A DNA stretch of 64,000 nucleotides from an uncultured delta proteobacterium. GTDB taxonomy: Bacteria > Desulfobacterota > Binatia > DP-6. The stretch is from positions 352,001 to 416,000 of the forward strand of contig CAWFFN010000009.1 of assembly GCA_963815115.1 (NCBI GenBank). Direction: 5' to 3'. The notes beneath the pieces are model-generated. The model searched no databases. It was not told the DNA's origin and saw only the letters and a program-made list of their open reading frames with translations. Shown here piece after piece: positions 41,388 through 53,220 of the stretch. Every line of letters starts with the position of its first letter. Position 1 is the first letter of the stretch. The translations under genes and the position numbers were made by a program.

Positions 41388-42086
41388 CTGCGTACCTCCC
41401 CCGATTGCTCCGAACTGCTGCGAGCGTCTACTCCTCGCGATCCAACCGGCCGCGATCCGGCCACCCCCGCCGCGGAAACCCGCCTTGGCAGCTCCCGGGA
41501 ACACCGAGCTGAGCCTTCAGCGGTGTATCATGCGGCTCACTATCGTAGAGGGATTCCCAGGAACTCCCGCATCCACCGAACGACGTCTGCCTCGTTGGTG
41601 GAGTAGATATAGTGCGGAGCGCCGTGCTCACGCCGCGGGATGGTAGACCAGTGCATGAGAGGAAGCCACCAATTGCGACTGTCATAGCCTCCTCCCTCGG
41701 AATCCGGCTCGCACCCTGACCTGCCCCGGACGACGGCGCTTGCCTGACGTGCGTTTGCCAGGCGGACGCATGCCCCGCTACTCCTCCGCCCCATGGTCGC
41801 CCCGATCCGCCGTCTGCGGGCACCCGAGCTCCTCGGCGAGCACAGCTTCATGCTGCCCGGGTGCTCGTCGCGGCGTTCGTCGTTACCCGAAGCGGCTCCG
41901 CCATGCTCGTTGCGACTCCAAAATCCGAGAGGCCGAGAAACGGAAAAGACGGGAGGGAAACAAGCGGTGGTTGGCCCGTGAGCCCCTCAACAGCACACAC
42001 GCCGCCCCCGGTCACAGGCGATGAGGCGACCGTCCGGGCTGCCTACTCCGGCCTTCCGCAACCTCGAATACATCGGGTGTCGTACC

Positions 42087-42455
42087 GTGCGGATAGATCA
42101 AGACGTTGAACTGCCCGACAACTTGATTCGGGCGCAGCGCGACGGCGGACTTGTTGTCTTCGCGGGCGCGGGCGTCTCAATGGGCCCCCCGTCAAACCTC
42201 CCAAGCTTCGAGCAACTCGCCCGGGAAGTCGCACAGGACGCGATCGAGCGAAGACCAAACGAACCCCTCGATCGGTTCTTGGGACGCGCGGAGGGCATCG
42301 GGGTCAGAGTTCAAGAGCGTACGCGCGCAGTGATCGGCGCCTCGGTTTCGCGCACTACGTCGCTCCATCTCGACCTGCTGGCATTGTTTCCCAGTGCCGA
42401 CCGAGTCCGCCTCGTAACAACGAACTTCGACCGCCACTTCACCACAGCCGCCCGC
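42087..42455 (+). pseudogene. SIR2-family (defence-type) protein, N-terminal fragment
   Basis: LVVFAGAGVS...LPSF, LH..L, LVTTNFD; truncated afterwards. Confidence 0.85.
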
Positions 42456-42901
42456 AGCACCTCGCCGCCCGTCGCCACGACACGGAGGTATCCGGCACCG
42501 CCCTTCACCTGGGCGTAGTAGCGCGCCCGGAGCCCCCACTTGGTCGCGTTCGACAGCTCAACCGCGAGCCCGCCGGGCGCCGCGTAGTATTTCGCGGCGA
42601 TGCGGAGCAGGACGCGCCACGGCGGCAGTCCCGGCTGAATCGTCGCTGTGCCGTTCAGGCGCAATACCTCGCCAGGGCGTGTCAGCCGCTCGCCGGTCAG
42701 GAGCAGCGCCACCTCCGGCTGCCGCGCGACGTTCCGCGCCGCCCACGTCGCGGTGCCGGTAGTGAGGTAGAGCATGCCACCATCCACCACGAACCAGAGG
42801 GGGGTGACGAACGGGCGGCCCGTGGCCGACAACGTGGCGACCAGCGCGACCATCGAGCCGCGCAGGAAGTCGACGACGACGGACGCGCTCGGTGGCAGCA
42901 T
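42450..42901 (-). CDS. Pyridoxamine 5'-phosphate oxidase-like (split-barrel) protein, 3' end fused to the SIR2 fragment
   Basis: VATLSATGRPFVTPLWF...ARNV...PEVALL. Confidence 0.8.
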
Positions 42902-42917
42902 CGTCTCACGCCTCGCG

Positions 42918-45288
42918 TGTGCTGTCCCCCTCGTTTCCGTACAGCTCAGGCCGCTAGTGCACCGCCGTCGAGATGCGCTCAAGCATTCGACGATGCGACC
43001 GGATGATCGCCGCGGCAGGTTTCGTCCAGGCGAACGGCGTCGGGTTCTTCTTCCAGGCGCGCATGTAGGCGTTGAGATGATCGCGCAGGGCCTTCGCCGA
43101 GTGGAAGTCCGTCAGGCTCAGGGATTGTTTGCCGAGAATGCCGAAGAACCCTTCCACTTGATTGAGCCACGACGCGCTCGTCGGGGTGTAGTGGAAGCGA
43201 ACCAAGGGGGGGCGTATCGAGCCAGGCGCGCACGGCGGGGGTGCGGTGGGACGACGAATTGTCGAGAATGACGTGCAGTTCGCGGCCCGGATACGCCCGC
43301 ACGACTTTCTCCATGAACGCGAGGAAGTCCGCGGCGGTGTGCCGAGCGCTGAGCCGATGCGTAACGTCGCCGGTCGCGACTTCGAGGGCGGCGTACAGAT
43401 CGACGACCCCGTGGCGCTTGTAGTCGTGGGTGTGCCGCACGGCGCGGCCGGAGCGCAGCGGGAGCGGCCGTTGCGTCCGCTCCAACGCTTGGATCGACGT
43501 CTTCTCGTCCACGCTGAGGACCACGGCGTGCTCGGGGGGATGGAGGTAGAGCCCCACGATGTCGTGCACCTTCGCGACAAAGTCCGGGTCGCGGCTCACC
43601 TTGTACGTGCGCACGTGATGGGGCTTGAGCCCGTGGCGCCGCAGGAGATCGGACACGCAGCCACTCGTCAGGCCGACTTCCTTCGCGAGCAGGCGCGTCG
43701 TCCAGCGGCTGCGGCCCGCCGGCGGGGGCGACATAGCCAGCTCGACCACGCGCTCCACCGTCGCGGCGGGGACGGCGTGATCCGTGCGCCCGCCCTTCGG
43801 TCGCGTGGCGAGGCCGGCGACCCCGCCGTCGAGAAACCGGCGTCGAATCCGCGACACAGCCTCGGCCGACAGCTGCAGGCGGCGGGCGATGTCGGCGCCC
43901 GCCACGCCGTCGGCACTCCACAGCACCACATGCGCGCGCCGGATCACCTGCGCCGAGTCAGTCGCCCGCGCCACGAGGGTCTCCAACTCGCGCCGCTGCT
44001 TCGCCGTAAGCCCCACCACCATCCGCCGTCGTCTCATGCCACATTGGACGCACGTGCGTCATATTGATTCGATGACGACGGCGGTGCACTAGTTTCTCCC
44101 GATACTCCTTCGGCGTGAGGTAGCCCAACGCCGAGTGGGGTCGGTCCCCATCGTAGCGATCCAACCAATCCGCCACGACGCGGAAGGCGTGATCGCGGCT
44201 CTCGAAGCGGTGAAGCCAGACGCACTCCTGCTTCAAGGTCAGGAAGAAGCGCTCGATCATGCCGTTCTGCTGCGGCGTATAGGGGGTAATGTACTCCTGG
44301 GTCAGCCGATGGCGCCGCGCGACGGCGACGAACACCTTGGCGCCGAAGACGAGGCCGTTGTCCGACCGCAGGACGAGCGGCCGGGACGTGAGGTCGATCC
44401 GGCGGCTGCGTAACGCCTCCTCGCGCGCCGCGGCCGCCACGCCGGCGATGCCCGAGCGCGCCAGCCGCCAGCCGACGATGGTGCGGTCATAGCAGTCGAT
44501 GATCGCGGTGAGGTGGCACCACCCGTCGCGCCCGCAGAAGAGATGGGTCGTGTCGATGGCCCAGCGCTCGTCGGGCCGCGTCGCCCGCGACGCCCAGCCC
44601 TGCACGCGCGGACGATGTCCCTGCGGTTGTTGCCGGACCTGCCAGTTATTCAGCTGCACAATGCGATGGATCTTCTTGTGGTTCACCGGCGCGACACTCG
44701 CGCGCCGCACCCGCGCCGTGATCATCCGCACCCCGGCGGCGGTTCCGCCTCGATGATTGTCCGGATCTGCGCCTCCACGGTCGGATCCACGACCGGGGGC
44801 CGCGGCGCCGGCCGCACGGGCGGGCGGTAGTAGACGGTCGAGCGCGGCACGCCGAACCACCGGCACAGCTGCGCGATCGACACCGTCTGTCCTTCTTCTC
44901 GCATGAGGCCCTGCACCGTCAGAAGGCTTTGTCGGGTTTCCCGGTGAGGGCTTCGAGCTTTTTTCGCGCGTCGAGCTCCAGGACGAGTTCGCCCACCTTG
45001 GCGCGCAGCTCCCGCACCTCGCGGTCATGCGTCGCCTGCTCGTCCTCCGTCCGCGCCTTCAGCCCGCGTTCGCCCGCCTTCAGGAAGATCTCCATCCAGC
45101 TCTCGACCTCGGACTGCTTCAGGTCGTGCTCGCGGCACATTGTCCACGAGCTTCGCCTCGCCCTTGATCAGCTGCAGCAGCAGCTCGCCCTTGCGACGCG
45201 CCGTCCACCGCTGAAAGTCTTTCTCCATCGTCTCTCCCTCTGGACCCGGGCACTATGCCCTGTCCAGTCTGGGAGGGGGACGGCCTCA
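42918..45288 (-). mobile_element. IS3-family element (orfA ~45228-44919, orfB ~44916-44092 plus tail) with 4-bp TSD CGCG, interrupted by IS630
   Basis: Imperfect IRs TG..gtccccctc..acag; CGCG at 42914-42917 and 45289-45292; WAIDTT, LRSDNG, NGMIERF, RPHSALGY. Confidence 0.92.
42957..44089 (-). mobile_element. IS630-family element with TA duplication; transposase 44037-42954 frameshifted near 43210
   Basis: 14-bp IR gtgcaccgccgtcg; TA at 42955-42956 and 44090-44091; VDEKT, ILDN, SWLNQVE motifs. Confidence 0.95.
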
Positions 45289-45664
45289 CGCGCACGGCGC
45301 CGTAGTCCCATGCGAGCACCCGCCGCGTGTCTACGCCGTACCAGGCGAGTGGCGCCGCCTCCGCGTCGGCGGGCGGGTCGACGCGGTGGGCGATGCCGCG
45401 AACGGAGACGCCGCGGAGTTGGAACCAATACCACCCGTCGTCGATCATGAGCACGACCTCGCAGCGATCCAGGGCAGGCGCCGCGTCGGCCGCGACTGCG
45501 AAGAGGTGACGGTCCCCGTCGAGGCGGGCGCGCGCGGGGAGCACGGCCGCGCGGTCGCCGTCAACGAACGCCACGGTGGCGCGCGGCGGATGGTCGAGGA
45601 GACCGCGCAGCGCGGCTGGCTCGACGTCCCGGGTGACGCGCCGCGCGGACGGGGGGTCGGCCAC
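45289..45664 (-). CDS. Split-barrel-like hypothetical protein; last codons displaced by IS3
   Basis: Removing IS3 restores ...WDYGAVREA* immediately before the PNPOx-like start. Confidence 0.7.
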
Positions 45665-46129
45665 GGCCGGCGCGTAGCACACGCGGCGCTCGGGAACGAG
45701 CCACCGAGGCTGCCCGGGCGCGGCGCACCGCGCACGCTGGGAAGTAGATTCTACGCGGTCATGCCGCCCGTCGCCGGGGCGCATTCATCACCGCGACTGC
45801 CACCAACGTCATGGGCACGCGCCAGGGTCTCGGCGGCGGTCGTCGCGGAGATGACGACCACCACCACGATGGCAACCGTCGACGACGGCGGCGACCACGT
45901 CGTCGACGGCCACGGCCACGAGCAGCACGCGCGGCGAGACGATGGACCCGGCGGCGGTGCTACTGGAGCGGCTCCGTCGCGCTCGCGGCGCGCACGGCCC
46001 CCTCCAGCTCGTGGAGGAGCCGGGCCGACCCCACCATGGCACCCTCGATCCAGCCGCAGCTACTTGGGGCCCTCCGGCGGGGACGATCATCACTACCGCG
46101 TCGCGGCGGCTTTCTCGCGCGCGGCCGCG

Positions 46130-46466
46130 GCAGCACCAGGCCGGGCGCGGGTTGACGGAGATCATCCTTGCGCTCGGAAATGCGACGAGCATCCGGGCGA
46201 ATGGCGGTCGACAGAAGCTCGTCGAGGCCATGCGGCTGTTCATCCGGATGTACCGGCCGCACGAGGCGCGCGAGGACACCGTGCTCTTTCCAGCATTCCG
46301 TACCGTCGTCACGTCAAAGGAGTTTCTGGCGCTCGGCGAGCAGTTCGAGGACAAGGAGCACGAGCTCTTCGGAAAGGCGGGCTTCGAAGGCATCGTGGCG
46401 CAGGTGGGGACGCTGGAGCAGACGCTCGGAATCTACGACCTTCACCAGTTCACGCCGGCCGCATGA
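46130..46466 (+). pseudogene. Hemerythrin/HHE domain protein, C-terminal fragment
   Basis: QHQAGR, MYRPHEAREDTVLFP. Confidence 0.75.
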
Positions 46467-47698
46467 GCGTTCGACCGGCAGGGTCATCGCGGCCCCTGGC
46501 CGCCGGCAAGGGCTATTTCGCCGGGCTTTCGGCGAACACGTTCCTCCTCGCCCTGGCGAGCCTGTTTGCGGACACGTCGACGGAGATGCTCTATCCGGTC
46601 CTGCCGATCTTCTTGACGCAGACGCTGGGCGCGAACGCGGCCGTGGTCGGGCTCGTGGAAGGCGTGGCCCCGGCCATCCAGAACATCGCCCAGGGCGTCT
46701 CGGGTCCGGTCTCCGATCGCTTGCGACGGCGGAAGCCCATCGCTGTGCTCGGGTACACGCTCGCGGCCGTGGCGAAGCCGCTGATCGGCCTTTCCACCGC
46801 CTGGAGTGGCGTCCTGGCCGCCCGGTCGCTCGACCGGCTCGGGGCTGGCACGCGCTCCGCGCCGCGCGACGCGCTCGTCGCGGCTTCCGCGGACGATGCC
46901 CACAGGGGCAAGGCGTTCGGTCTCGAAGGCTTCGGCGACAACATGGGCGCGTTCCTGGGACCGCTGCTCGCGATCGCTCTACTCAGCGTCGGCCACGTCA
47001 GCCTGCGGTCGATCTTCCTCTTGGCCGTCGTGCCGGGGGCGCTGGCAGTCGCGATGGTAGCGTTCGTCCGGGAGGAGCCCGCCGTCTCGGCGTCGAAGGG
47101 CACGCTCGACATGAGCTTGCCACGATTGCCGAGGAGCTACTGGAGGTACGTCACCGCGACGGCGCTCTTCGGACTCGGCAATTCGAGCAACTCGTTCCTC
47201 ATCCTGCGGACCGAGGGGCTCGGCGCTTCGCTGACGCTGACCATCTTCATCTACGCGCTCTTCAACCTCGTCGCGGCGCTCGCCTCGTATCCCGCCGGTT
47301 ACCTGTCGGACACGCTTGGCAGGAAGGGCGTCCTGCTCCTCGCTCTGCTCGTGTTCCTGGTGGTGTACGCGGGCTTCGGGCTCACGGCGAACGCGCACGT
47401 CATCGGCGTCCTCTTCGTGCTCTACGGCCTCCATCAGGGCGCGTTCCGCTCCGTCGGAAAGGCGCTGGCGGCCGACTTCGTCTCCGCCGAGCTGCGCGCG
47501 AGCGCCGTGGGTTGTTACGCGGCGACGATCGGGCTGACCGGCCTCGTCGCCAGCATCGTCGGTGGCGAGCTCTCGACCCGCGTCGGCCCCACGGCCACGT
47601 TCCTGCTCGGAGCCGCCTCCGCCTCGATCGGGAGCATCGCGCTCGCGCTGGTGGTCACGCCGGAAAGGAGGGGCGCCGCGCCGAATGCTGCCGGTTGA
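46463..47698 (+). CDS. MFS transporter
   Basis: ~12 TM; SDRLRRRK, DRLG.G.R.APRDAL, GYLSDTLGRK. Confidence 0.93.
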   Translation: MSVRPAGSSRPLAAGKGYFAGLSANTFLLALASLFADTSTEMLYPVLPIFLTQTLGANAAVVGLVEGVAPAIQNIAQGVSGPVSDRLRRRKPIAVLGYTLAAVAKPLIGLSTAWSGVLAARSLDRLGAGTRSAPRDALVAASADDAHRGKAFGLEGFGDNMGAFLGPLLAIALLSVGHVSLRSIFLLAVVPGALAVAMVAFVREEPAVSASKGTLDMSLPRLPRSYWRYVTATALFGLGNSSNSFLILRTEGLGASLTLTIFIYALFNLVAALASYPAGYLSDTLGRKGVLLLALLVFLVVYAGFGLTANAHVIGVLFVLYGLHQGAFRSVGKALAADFVSAELRASAVGCYAATIGLTGLVASIVGGELSTRVGPTATFLLGAASASIGSIALALVVTPERRGAAPNAAG

Positions 47699-47732
47699 TC
47701 GTACGGCTCCGGCCGCCTCACCCAGGAGTGCG

Positions 47733-48325
47733 ATGAACTGCGCCCGGGTGACAATCTGCGATACGATCGCGTTGCTGGGCGCCATCCTCGCCATTGCCGT
47801 GGCGTGCGTCGGCGCGTCGCCCTCGCGGGAGGTGTCGTTCCCGACGGCGGACGGAGGCACCGTGGTGGCCGACTTCTATGCTGCGAACGGCTCCGGCGCC
47901 GTCGTGCTGGCGCACGGAGCGGCGTTCGACAAGGCGAGCTGGGCACCCGTCGCCACCTGGCTCGCCGGCCGCGGGCACCAGGTGGTGGCGATCGACTTCC
48001 GCGGCTACGGACACTCCACGGCGGGAAGGGACTCCCGGGCGCTGTTCGAGGACGTGCTCGCGGCGGTGCGCTATCTGCACACCCACGGCGCGACGCGGGT
48101 CGCGGTCCTCGGCGCGAGCATGGGAGGCGGGGCTGCCGCGGAGGCCGCCGTGCGGGCGGCTCCCGGAGAAATCGACCGGGTGATCCTGCTCTCCCCCGTG
48201 CCGGTTGCCGACCCGGAGCATCTCCGGGGCCCGGTGCTCTTCATCGCGAGCGAGCAGGAGCCGATGGCCGCTCAGGTAACCGAGCTGTATCGGCGTGCGC
48301 CCGAGCCGAAGCGGCTCGTCCTGCG
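47733..48325 (+). pseudogene. Secreted alpha/beta hydrolase, apparently 3'-truncated before the catalytic His
   Basis: LAHG, DFRGYG and GASMG motifs; frame drifts after PKRLVL. Confidence 0.75.
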
Positions 48326-48445
48326 AACCTGTCGGGCGGGTGGACGACCTACGAGGCGCTCCGCGCGGCCGGACTGGTTCCCGATGGAGGAAGAGGCTGT
48401 CTGTGAGGACACGGAGCGCGAAGGCTCTGTGCGAGTGATCGCAGG

Positions 48446-48871
48446 TTACCGCACGCCGCGGGGTGGCGGGTTCGACTCGAACGTCGCCATGTCCTCTGGA
48501 AGGCTGATCCAGGCGTGCTTGTCCTTCGTCCAGACCGACTGCTCAGGTTGGGGAAAGCTCGCGTCCGCGAATGCGCCGAGAGCGACGCCCAGGAGGTCGG
48601 GCATCCGCGCCGGCTCCCAATACACATTCGCTCCACATCGGCCGCAGAAATGGAACCTCACGGGAAAGCCACTCGCGGACCCGCGCTCGAAGACTCGAGA
48701 TGTGCCACGTTCGACGCGCACGCTGCTGCGCTCGTAGAAGACCGCGACGCTGAAGGCGCTGCCCGTCCGACGCTGGCATTCGAGACAGTGACACATGGAG
48801 ATCCGCCTCGGATCACCAGAACAGATGAGTTCGGGCTGCCCGCAATGGCAGCGAGCCGAGCGAGATTTCAT
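48446..48871 (-). CDS. GFA (glutathione-dependent formaldehyde-activating) family protein
   Basis: CHCG, CHCLECQRRTG, FCGRCG. Confidence 0.92.
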   Translation of the reverse strand: MKSRSARCHCGQPELICSGDPRRISMCHCLECQRRTGSAFSVAVFYERSSVRVERGTSRVFERGSASGFPVRFHFCGRCGANVYWEPARMPDLLGVALGAFADASFPQPEQSVWTKDKHAWISLPEDMATFESNPPPRGVR

Positions 48872-49004
48872 TGGCGCGTCAACTCCTGGACCATCCGGTT
48901 GCATCTGGGCTCACGCGGCGAGTCGATCCTTCCCATGCGCGTGGCTCGATGCCCTCAATGGGCTGCGCGAGCGGGATGGTGACCCGAACCGTAGCACCCT
49001 TGCC

Positions 49005-49215
49005 GATCCCCCCGATCTCACGCGTCTCACGTCCAGTGTCCAGGACCTCATGCGGCAGATCGACGGATCGCGCACCGTCCGCGCCCACGGCTCGGCGGCC
49101 ATGCCGGTTTGGGGTGAGGTGTTCGAGCAGTCATTGATCGACGAGCCACACCACCGCCGCACGGCGCTGCTGCACGTGCAGGCGCTGGGCGGACTACGTC
49201 TACCGCTTACGCCGC
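49005..49215 (+). pseudogene. Cytochrome c C-terminal fragment
   Basis: PPDLTRL...IDGSRTVRAHG.AAMPVWGEVF, but no CxxCH. Confidence 0.7.
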
Positions 49216-51899
49216 GCCGAAGCGCGAAGCGGCCCGTAGCCCAATAGCCGGGCCACCAGTTTGCGGCCCTCCTCCAGAACCAGCACGCTCGAGGCAACGC
49301 CGGCGCACATCGCCCAGTCGTATGCGTTCAACGCTGTCGTGCGGAAGATCGCCTGGGCCGGGGGCCAGTGGACAGCGACTCCCTGCAACACGACGACGCC
49401 GGCCAGCGACCACCAGAGCATCGGGTTGGTGAAGAGATGGCGGTTGAGGAACGAGGCCCGCTCGACACGCGCGTTGAACACGTTGAAGAACTGGAAGAGC
49501 ACGAAGGTTGTGAAGGCGAGCGTCAGGGCTCGTGCCCGGGTGCCCGTCTGCAATCCGAAGCGTTGGACGGCGAGTGTGCCGATCATCATGAGGAGGCCGA
49601 ACGTGACGACGTGGACCAGCCGCGACAAGGGAAGAACCGACTCACTTCTTTGGCGCGGCGGCTCGTCCATGATCCCCGGGCGGGCGGCGTCCAGGGCTAG
49701 TGACACGGCCGGCGGCCCGTCCATGATCATCGCAACCCACAGAATCTGAATCGGATTGAAGACGTCAGGCAGGCCGATCAACGGCGAGAAGAAGAGCGTG
49801 AAGATCGCCCCCATTGTCGTGGACAGCTGGAAGCGGACGAACTTAAGGATGTTGTCGTAGAGCGTACGCCCCTGCCGGACTGCGCCTACGATGCTGGCGA
49901 AGTTGTCGTCCGTGAGCACCATGCTTGCGGCTTCGCGGGCGACCTCCGTGCCACTAGCGCCCATCGCCACCCCGATGTCTGCACACTTGAGCGCCGGCGC
50001 ATCGTTCACGCCGTCTCCGGTCATGGCGACGACATGCCCCTTGGCCTGAAGCGCGCGCACAATCCTGACCTTGTGCTCGGGTGCGACGCGGGCGAACACC
50101 GCGACTTCCCCGAGGACATCGGCAAGGCCAACCTCGTCAAACGCGTCGAGCTCGACGCCGGTGATCGCTCTGCCGTCGATGCCGAGCTCGCGGGCAATGG
50201 CCGTGGCAGTGTCCTTGTGGTCGCCCGTGATCATCTTGACGGCGATGCCTGCGCGACGGCACAGCGCGATGGCGTCGCGTGCCTCGGGGCGTGGGGGATC
50301 TGCGAGCCCCGCCAGCGCCACGAAGGTCAGGTGCGAGAGGTGGGCACCCAGGTCTCCGGTCGGGTCAAATCCGTTCGCCGCCAGCGTGCGGGAGGCGATC
50401 AGCAAGCCGCGCAGACCTCGCTCCGCCATCGACCGATAGGCCTCCTGGATCTGGTGAACTGCTACGACGTCAATTGGGGCCTCGCCGCCGGCGGAGAGGG
50501 TGCGGCTGCATCGCTGCAGAAGTACATCGGGCGCGCCCTTGACGAATACCTGAACGCCGTCAGCGCGCCGATGGAAGGTCGCCATGAACTTGTGGGCGGA
50601 GTCGAACGGGATCTCCGCCACGCGGGGGAGCCTCGCGACCACCGCGGCTGCGTCCGCGCCCCCCTTAGCAGCCAGGATGAGAAGGGCCGCCTCGGTCGGA
50701 TCGCCGATGACCTGCTCGTCCTGCACTCGGCTGTCATTGCAGGAGACGAGCGGCTCCAGCAGGGCCGAGAGGTCGGGTGATGTAGCTGACCCGCGCTCGA
50801 CGCGGATCGTGCCTTCTGGTCGGTAGCCCTCACCCGATACACAGAACTCCTCCCCGCGGTAGTAGAAGGCCAGCGCCGTCATCTGGTTGAGCGTCAAGGT
50901 TCCCGTCTTGTCGGAGCAGATGACGGTCGTGCAGCCGAGCGTTTCGACGCTCGGCAAACGTTTCACGATCGCGCGCTGGCGCGCCATCTGGCGCATCCCG
51001 AGCGCGAGCGTCACCGTGACCACGACGGGCAGCCCTTCAGGTACGGCGGCCACCGCGAGCGCGATTGCGTCGAGGATCTCCTGGACGAGGTTGGAGCCGC
51101 GCAGCAACTCGAGGACAAAGAGCAATCCCACCAGGCTGACCGCGACCGCTCCCAGCCGCTTCCCGAGCTGGTCGAGCTGCGCCTGCAGCGGGCTCGCGGT
51201 CTCGGCTGTGGCGGCGAGCTGCTGAGAGATCCGTCCCATCGCGGTGTGCATGCCGGTTTCGGTGACGATCATCTCGCCGCGGCCGTGCGCGACGACGGTG
51301 TTCAGGTGGGCGAGGTTAAGCCGATCCGCCAACGGCGTCTCTGCGGCGACTACGGCGGCCGCGTCCTTTGCGGCCGGGGCCGACTCGCCGGTGAGAGCGG
51401 ACTCGTCGATCGTCAGTCCGACGGACAGCGTCAGCCTGCCATCGGCGGGTACGCGGTCCCCTGCTTCGATTAGAGCGACGTCGCCGAGCACGAGATCCTC
51501 GGCGGGGACATCGAGCTTGGTGCCGCCGCGACGCACACGAGCTCGCGCGGGTAGCATCTTCTTGAGGGCGGCGAGACTCTGCTCGGCCCGATGCTCCTGA
51601 TAGAAACTCACGAGGGCGTTCAGGAACACGACCAGCACGATCACAGCCGCGTCCTTGACGTTCCCGATCGCCGCCGCGAGGGCGGCGGCGAAGAGGAGCA
51701 CGAGAATGAGCACGTTCCGGAACTGCCCGAAGAAGAGCAGCCACACCGACCTGGATGGCTGCTCCGGCAGGCGGTTGGCGCCGTACGCCTCTCTGCGAGG
51801 TGCCACTTCGATCGGATCGAGCCCCGTGGCGAAGCCGACGCCGAGCAGCGCCGCCACCTCATCGCAAGGCAGCGAGTGCCACTCGCGCGAGTCCACCAT
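49200..51899 (-). CDS. Cation-transporting P-type ATPase (type II)
   Basis: TGES, PEGL, DKTGTLT, KGAP, TGD, GDGVND. Confidence 0.96.
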   Translation of the reverse strand: MVDSREWHSLPCDEVAALLGVGFATGLDPIEVAPRREAYGANRLPEQPSRSVWLLFFGQFRNVLILVLLFAAALAAAIGNVKDAAVIVLVVFLNALVSFYQEHRAEQSLAALKKMLPARARVRRGGTKLDVPAEDLVLGDVALIEAGDRVPADGRLTLSVGLTIDESALTGESAPAAKDAAAVVAAETPLADRLNLAHLNTVVAHGRGEMIVTETGMHTAMGRISQQLAATAETASPLQAQLDQLGKRLGAVAVSLVGLLFVLELLRGSNLVQEILDAIALAVAAVPEGLPVVVTVTLALGMRQMARQRAIVKRLPSVETLGCTTVICSDKTGTLTLNQMTALAFYYRGEEFCVSGEGYRPEGTIRVERGSATSPDLSALLEPLVSCNDSRVQDEQVIGDPTEAALLILAAKGGADAAAVVARLPRVAEIPFDSAHKFMATFHRRADGVQVFVKGAPDVLLQRCSRTLSAGGEAPIDVVAVHQIQEAYRSMAERGLRGLLIASRTLAANGFDPTGDLGAHLSHLTFVALAGLADPPRPEARDAIALCRRAGIAVKMITGDHKDTATAIARELGIDGRAITGVELDAFDEVGLADVLGEVAVFARVAPEHKVRIVRALQAKGHVVAMTGDGVNDAPALKCADIGVAMGASGTEVAREAASMVLTDDNFASIVGAVRQGRTLYDNILKFVRFQLSTTMGAIFTLFFSPLIGLPDVFNPIQILWVAMIMDGPPAVSLALDAARPGIMDEPPRQRSESVLPLSRLVHVVTFGLLMMIGTLAVQRFGLQTGTRARALTLAFTTFVLFQFFNVFNARVERASFLNRHLFTNPMLWWSLAGVVVLQGVAVHWPPAQAIFRTTALNAYDWAMCAGVASSVLVLEEGRKLVARLLGYGPLRASARRKR

Positions 51900-52297
51900 G
51901 CGCCACCTTTGCCAGATGTCGTGCGGCGTACGCGAGGGGAGTTGGTGGTGCGCCATCCCTCCAGCGACCTCGACGACGGCGTGCGGGTCCGAATCAGTCC
52001 AGGCGGGGCGGCAGTCGGCGGGCCCGCGCCCGGATCGCGTTGATCACCTCGAACACCGCCGGGCTGCCCACGTCGCTCGAGGGCGCGCTTGTCCGGCAGA
52101 TCCAGCAATCAGGCCGGGGGCCGGCGCTTCACGCGAACCGTCCCGGGCCCCGATCCACAACTGTTTGCTGTTCGCGATTTTCGTCGATGGCGTTCTCAGG
52201 GATGCGAGGAACACCACGTCACCCGGCGTACTCGTTCACTGCTGCGGGCAGTCTCGCCACGAGACCACGGGCACGGCTGTTGCTTGTGCGATGAGGC

Positions 52298-52783
52298 ATG
52301 TGGCCGCCTCCCAAACTCATCGCCAGCGTGATCACGTGGCGGGGCTGGAACCCCAGCGTGATTCGCGCTGGAAGCCGGCTTCATACCGCTCTTTTACGAC
52401 GATTCCGGGGGGCGAAACTAATCGGCGGTGATGCGCTTATCCTCACCAGCCGCGGGCGGAAGACAGGGAAGGAAACCTCGACGCCGCTCTTCTACGCCAG
52501 GGATGCGGACCGTCTGCTCATTGCCGCCTCCTTCGCAGGCAGCGGTGTTCCGCCCGGATGGTATCTGAATCTGGTCGCCCACCCCGATGTGCAGGCGACG
52601 ACCAGGGGTCGCACGGAATGGTATCGGGCTCGTACGCTTAGCGACGCGGACGCCGAGGCCGCCTGGCCGAAGCTGCTCGCGGTCTACCCGACGTTCGCAC
52701 GCTACCGGCGGCGCGCAAAGCGCACGATACCGGTCGTCGAGTTGCGCCGCAGTGTCGGCGACGCCTCGCCGCCTCCCACGTGA
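52298..52783 (+). CDS. Deazaflavin-dependent nitroreductase (DDN) family protein
   Basis: LTSRGRKTG..TPL, AS..G..P.WYLNL.A.P, RTIPVVEL. Confidence 0.85.
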   Translation: MWPPPKLIASVITWRGWNPSVIRAGSRLHTALLRRFRGAKLIGGDALILTSRGRKTGKETSTPLFYARDADRLLIAASFAGSGVPPGWYLNLVAHPDVQATTRGRTEWYRARTLSDADAEAAWPKLLAVYPTFARYRRRAKRTIPVVELRRSVGDASPPPT

Positions 52784-52866
52784 ACAGCGGATCGGCGTAG
52801 AAGCTCGAACGATTCGGAACCCGCGCGCGATCCACAACTCTTGACCCATTTCTCGAGGACGTTGCC

Positions 52867-53220
52867 ATGAGTGGTCTTCGAGGCACCGTCTATCTCTCAC
52901 GAGCAGGTCTCGTGGCGCTCGCAGTGGCGTGCCTGGTCGCGTGCGAGAACGACACTCAAACCTACTATCCGATCAAGTTCTGCTACACGCGCTGCGATGA
53001 ACCCGGCCGTACCGGACGCACCCACAAGCGCTTCGCGGTAGCTCTTCTACGGGAGCGCTATACCGCGATCCCCGCGCAACAAGACGTCATCCTCCAGATA
53101 GGCGACTTCGCCATGGAGTCGCTCACCAAAGATCACCATCTCGACCGCCGGGTTCAAGATCAGCGCAACTGGCGGTGCGCGGGCGAGCCGATGCCGGGGA
53201 GGGGATCTGAATTGGGATGA
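52867..53220 (+). CDS. Hypothetical lipoprotein
   Basis: LVAC lipobox, RBS gagg. Confidence 0.45.
   Translation: MSGLRGTVYLSRAGLVALAVACLVACENDTQTYYPIKFCYTRCDEPGRTGRTHKRFAVALLRERYTAIPAQQDVILQIGDFAMESLTKDHHLDRRVQDQRNWRCAGEPMPGRGSELG

Noticed and set aside
45386-46462. Long N-terminal extension of the MFS ORF
   Set aside because: Low-complexity read-through overlapping other genes; the probable start is 46463, overlapping the hemerythrin stop.
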